Shown here: piece after piece, positions 36,379-39,449 of the stretch | Layout of the letters: each line of letters opens with the position of its first letter | How positions within the stretch are numbered: the first letter of the stretch is position 1 | Assembly (NCBI GenBank): GCA_008369845.1 | Contig: MRSU01006473.1 | Span: forward strand, 1-39,449 | DNA from: Trichomonas gallinae | Lineage: Eukaryota | Direction: 5' to 3' | Length of the DNA stretch: 39,449 nt | The notes under the pieces: model-generated | What the model saw: the letters and a program-made list of their open reading frames with translations, nothing else | Told to the model about the DNA's origin: nothing | Database searches by the model: none | Position numbers and translations under genes: made by a program

Positions 36379-37311
36379 TTATAACACGATTTCTTCATTG
36401 ACTAGATTTTCATCATCATTAATGATGTGTTCTTGCTCAGCTGGCTCAAATCCAGTTTGCTTATCCACATCGTGATAAGGTTGCTGTCCTGTGCAAATCG
36501 GGAAAAATTTTCTCCACAATAAAACGAAAGCAATTACAGCAAATATGACACCAAACATTAGAAGCAGGAATGATAAGTTAAACGGGCTGAAGAATGTCTC
36601 AGGACAAGTTAAAACAGAAGTTTGCGTTCCAAAGCCAGAGTAAATAATCTGGGAGTGATTGATCATTGAAAGATGATTGCGAGAGCAAGTGATATTTTCT
36701 CGTTTCCGGTTTAAGTTAAATTCAAGAGAAATCAAAGATTTTTCTGAAATGTTAAAAAATTGTAGGAAAATCGGCTTATCGAATCCCGCTGCGCATTTAA
36801 ATTCATCGCAGTTCTTGTATGGCTTCATTTTTTCGGTCAAAACATAGAATTTCGTTTTATGAAAATTATCATTCGTATTTAGCTTAATTGAGATCTTGTC
36901 GTTCTTGTTTGGGAAAAATACGCATAAATTACTCAGTGATTCTGATAAACTCAAAGTATCGAGCAAATTTTGTTTTGTACTGTAAGCAATTGATTTCCCT
37001 TGACAAAAATTTTCAGGGAGGAGCCATGTATGAACAGTAATCGATGATTGGAATGTTAAAAATGAAGTTTGAGAATTGAGTTGAAGGCCCCCATCGCCTA
37101 TGAACGTATGATTGTAGCATTGGCCGTCTTTATAACATAAGTAAATCGTCACTGGGATTTCTATGTCTTGTTCCCAATAAATATAGGAATTTATTGAATC
37201 TTGGGCTTTTATTGATGCATAATCACCAGGATTAACAGAGAAGAATTTGTAGCCAGTCTGGTTGACCTCAAAAGTCTTTGATTGGCAACAAAATAGAAAT
37301 GAAAAAATCAT
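36379..37311 (-). CDS. Hypothetical type I membrane (surface) protein
   Basis: First ATG at 37311. Short signal peptide MIFSFLFCCQS, a Cys-containing ectodomain, one TM helix (FLLLMFGVIFAVIAFVLLW) and an acidic tail with YHDV. Confidence 0.8.
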   Translation of the reverse strand: MIFSFLFCCQSKTFEVNQTGYKFFSVNPGDYASIKAQDSINSYIYWEQDIEIPVTIYLCYKDGQCYNHTFIGDGGLQLNSQTSFLTFQSSITVHTWLLPENFCQGKSIAYSTKQNLLDTLSLSESLSNLCVFFPNKNDKISIKLNTNDNFHKTKFYVLTEKMKPYKNCDEFKCAAGFDKPIFLQFFNISEKSLISLEFNLNRKRENITCSRNHLSMINHSQIIYSGFGTQTSVLTCPETFFSPFNLSFLLLMFGVIFAVIAFVLLWRKFFPICTGQQPYHDVDKQTGFEPAEQEHIINDDENLVNEEIVL

Positions 37312-37851
37312 AAAAAAAAGCAATCAAATAAAAATGAAATCTAAAAAGTATTCTTCTGAAACAGATTAGAAAAGGCGGTTTTTTAATCATCAATTTTTCA
37401 GATTTTTGAAAAACATATTTCTTCCAAGAAACGATATCGATATATCTGGTTTTAATCATGATATTTGGGTGTTATTAATAGTAACTATTATAATTTAGTA
37501 CATTCAGCTTGAAACACGCATTTTATCAAATTCAATAAAATATATATCTTGTAAAATCTAAAATTCTTAGTGCCATATTCAAGTATTTCAGCGAAAATGC
37601 TTATATCTATAGTTTTGCTAAAAATATAATTTTAATAAAAAAAATAATTTAGAAATAGAACAAATGTATATAAAATACGTTAGAGTTAGCTTGATTTGGA
37701 TTGATTTCATGAGTTAGATGAAAAGTTTTCAAATTATTTTTTCATTTCTTAAAATCAAGTTGGTAAAATGATAGAAATATCATCCCTCTGCTATGTATCT
37801 AATGGAAATGAAAATTTGTTGAAATTTTGATTTTTTTTTTTTATCGATCAT

Positions 37852-39147
37852 TTAATGATATTTTTGCATTGATTGGTAGGTCAATTGTTCAAAATCAACT
37901 CCTTTGATGCTTCCAAAAACTTCGAATCCGCTCAAGTGCATAATAGGAACTGCTCTTGCTGTGTGATTCTCAAGTTGAACGAATTGGAAGAACTTTGCGT
38001 ACCTAGGCGATGTAATTTCGAATGTGTTTGCTGTATATTTTCCAAGTAATGTGTCATTATTTTCAACTTGATCAACTAATTCCCACTCTATGCCGTCATT
38101 TGATGTATATATTTCCCAATCACGCGGCTCGCATCCAAAATCTGTGCAATAACAACTTACAATTGTGTAATGAGTAATTTTTGCCATCATGTTCCTAAAA
38201 TCGAACGTAATATAGTTAGATTGCTTAGTATTGTTGTTTTTATAGTGTCTCTTTTGCCCATCTTTGAAATCAATCAAGTCATGAACAAGTTCATGTCCAG
38301 ATTCAACAAATATCGAAATTGTTCCATTATCAACGATGTTTCCGCCTGTAAGATCTGTTAAATAAGTAAATATTCCATTGGTAGAACCAGGAAAATCCGG
38401 ATTTATCGTTTTAACTTTTTCGAATTTTGAGAATGAGCTTAAAATACGAGAAACTATTCCTGAACACTTGATATTAAGCGCTGCTTTTGCTTTTGGAGTG
38501 GTGGAGTGGCCAAGAGCTTTCGCTAGATCAATATCATCAAAAGGAATGTCTTCTATTAAATTATCATCTTCATCTGCGCAATCTGACAGATAAAAATCGA
38601 GAAATACAGCAAAAGCAACAGGGTCATATTTGAATTTTTTGTCATTGAAGACTTCTAAATAAAAATTTTTGCTCATTTTCGAAAATCCATAATTTGCGAT
38701 TTGCGAGAAGTTTTCCGCTATATATGATATCATATTCTTATAGTTTATGCCACTCTCAATGAGAAAACTAACGATTTTGAATGTTGTTTCTGGTTTTAAT
38801 TGTGAAACTATTTCTTTTGTTGCATAATCCATGATTTTCGGTGAGTCAAGTACTGAAGAGAGTTTGCATAAGTCCAATATCTCATTTTCTTCGAATTTTA
38901 CACTTTCTCCTTTGATTGCATTTATAACTTTTCTCATTATCAGTGGATCACACAAAGAATCGAGCTCCATGGTATTTGTTAGTGGATCTAATTGCACTGC
39001 AACAAAAACAGAGTGAAAAAATGCACTCGCTAAAAATTTGTTGCATTTTATTGATTCATCATTCACTATAAACGTGAAATCTTCACCATACAAGGAGCTC
39101 ATAAGTCTAAGATCATCTCCTTTTAGTGATAGATCCAATGAAAACAT
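37852..39147 (-). CDS. BTB/POZ-like plus F5/8 type C domain protein
   Basis: BTB-like N-terminus DFTFIVNDESIKCNKFLAS and BACK-like helices. The C-terminal F5/8-C region has NGIFTYL, YITFDFRN..ITHYTI, PRDWEIYTSNDGIEW and LSGFEVFG. Confidence 0.8.
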   Translation of the reverse strand: MFSLDLSLKGDDLRLMSSLYGEDFTFIVNDESIKCNKFLASAFFHSVFVAVQLDPLTNTMELDSLCDPLIMRKVINAIKGESVKFEENEILDLCKLSSVLDSPKIMDYATKEIVSQLKPETTFKIVSFLIESGINYKNMISYIAENFSQIANYGFSKMSKNFYLEVFNDKKFKYDPVAFAVFLDFYLSDCADEDDNLIEDIPFDDIDLAKALGHSTTPKAKAALNIKCSGIVSRILSSFSKFEKVKTINPDFPGSTNGIFTYLTDLTGGNIVDNGTISIFVESGHELVHDLIDFKDGQKRHYKNNNTKQSNYITFDFRNMMAKITHYTIVSCYCTDFGCEPRDWEIYTSNDGIEWELVDQVENNDTLLGKYTANTFEITSPRYAKFFQFVQLENHTARAVPIMHLSGFEVFGSIKGVDFEQLTYQSMQKYH

Positions 39148-39180
39148 CTAAAATAACAAAACCTGATTCCTAATATAAAA

Positions 39181-39355
39181 ATTTGACATTATGACATGTA
39201 AATTAAATTTTTGCTATGTAGATAATAAATTTGACAGAATTATAAAATCCCTAGAATTTGACTTTATGACGCGTAAATTAAATTTTTGATATGTAAAATT
39301 AGAAAAATCTCTAAATTTGACAATATGACACATAAACTAATTTTTTATATGTAAA
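39181..39355. repeat. Three copies of a ~40-bp unit carrying the TGACRYRTAAA motif, upstream of the BTB gene
   Basis: ATTTGACATTATGACATGTAAATTAAATTTTTG at 39181, ATTTGACTTTATGACGCGTAAATTAAATTTTTG at 39256 and ATTTGACAATATGACACATAAACTAATTTTT at 39315. Confidence 0.8.
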
Positions 39356-39449
39356 TTATAAAATCAAAATTATAAACTGCGTTTCAAAAGTCAGGTTTGG
39401 CCAAAAATTTGATAACTCTCATAGAATAATTCAATGAGTAGTATTGAAA

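Noticed and set aside
1..39449. Spliceosomal introns and transposons (Maverick, mariner, Mutator)
   Set aside because: I saw no Trichomonas-type ACTAACACACAG 3' splice motif on either strand, and no transposase, integrase or terminal inverted repeats. This was a by-eye scan and could miss short relics.

Overview
A gene-dense, AT-rich eukaryotic window with no introns seen. The gene families, short signal peptides, very short 5' leaders and Inr-like TCAY(T/A) elements fit a parabasalid protist such as Trichomonas vaginalis or a relative (inferred, not searched). It holds about 16 protein genes: a Cys-rich F5/8-type C protein, an importin-7/8-like karyopherin, proteasome alpha-1, an Scc2/NIPBL-like cohesin loader, two ARM-like proteins, a stand-alone multi-GAF protein, a HECT-like protein apparently lacking its catalytic Cys, glucosidase II alpha, a CTL/SLC44 transporter, a TM2D3-like protein, a BTB-F5/8 protein and several hypotheticals. 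There is one tRNA-Pro(CGG) gene. I see no intact transposon. The most interesting signals lie outside recognisable protein domains. (1) An 11-bp motif, TTTAYNYGWCA, occurs in same-orientation clusters in many intergenic regions. (2) A 100-bp tandem repeat is followed by a sequence that fits a type II hammerhead ribozyme topology with weak stems, upstream of the tRNA. (3) Two long ORFs have a 5' reading frame starting at TTG rather than ATG. (4) Several decayed gene fragments sit in spacers, including an ankyrin remnant. All family calls come from motif recognition by eye.
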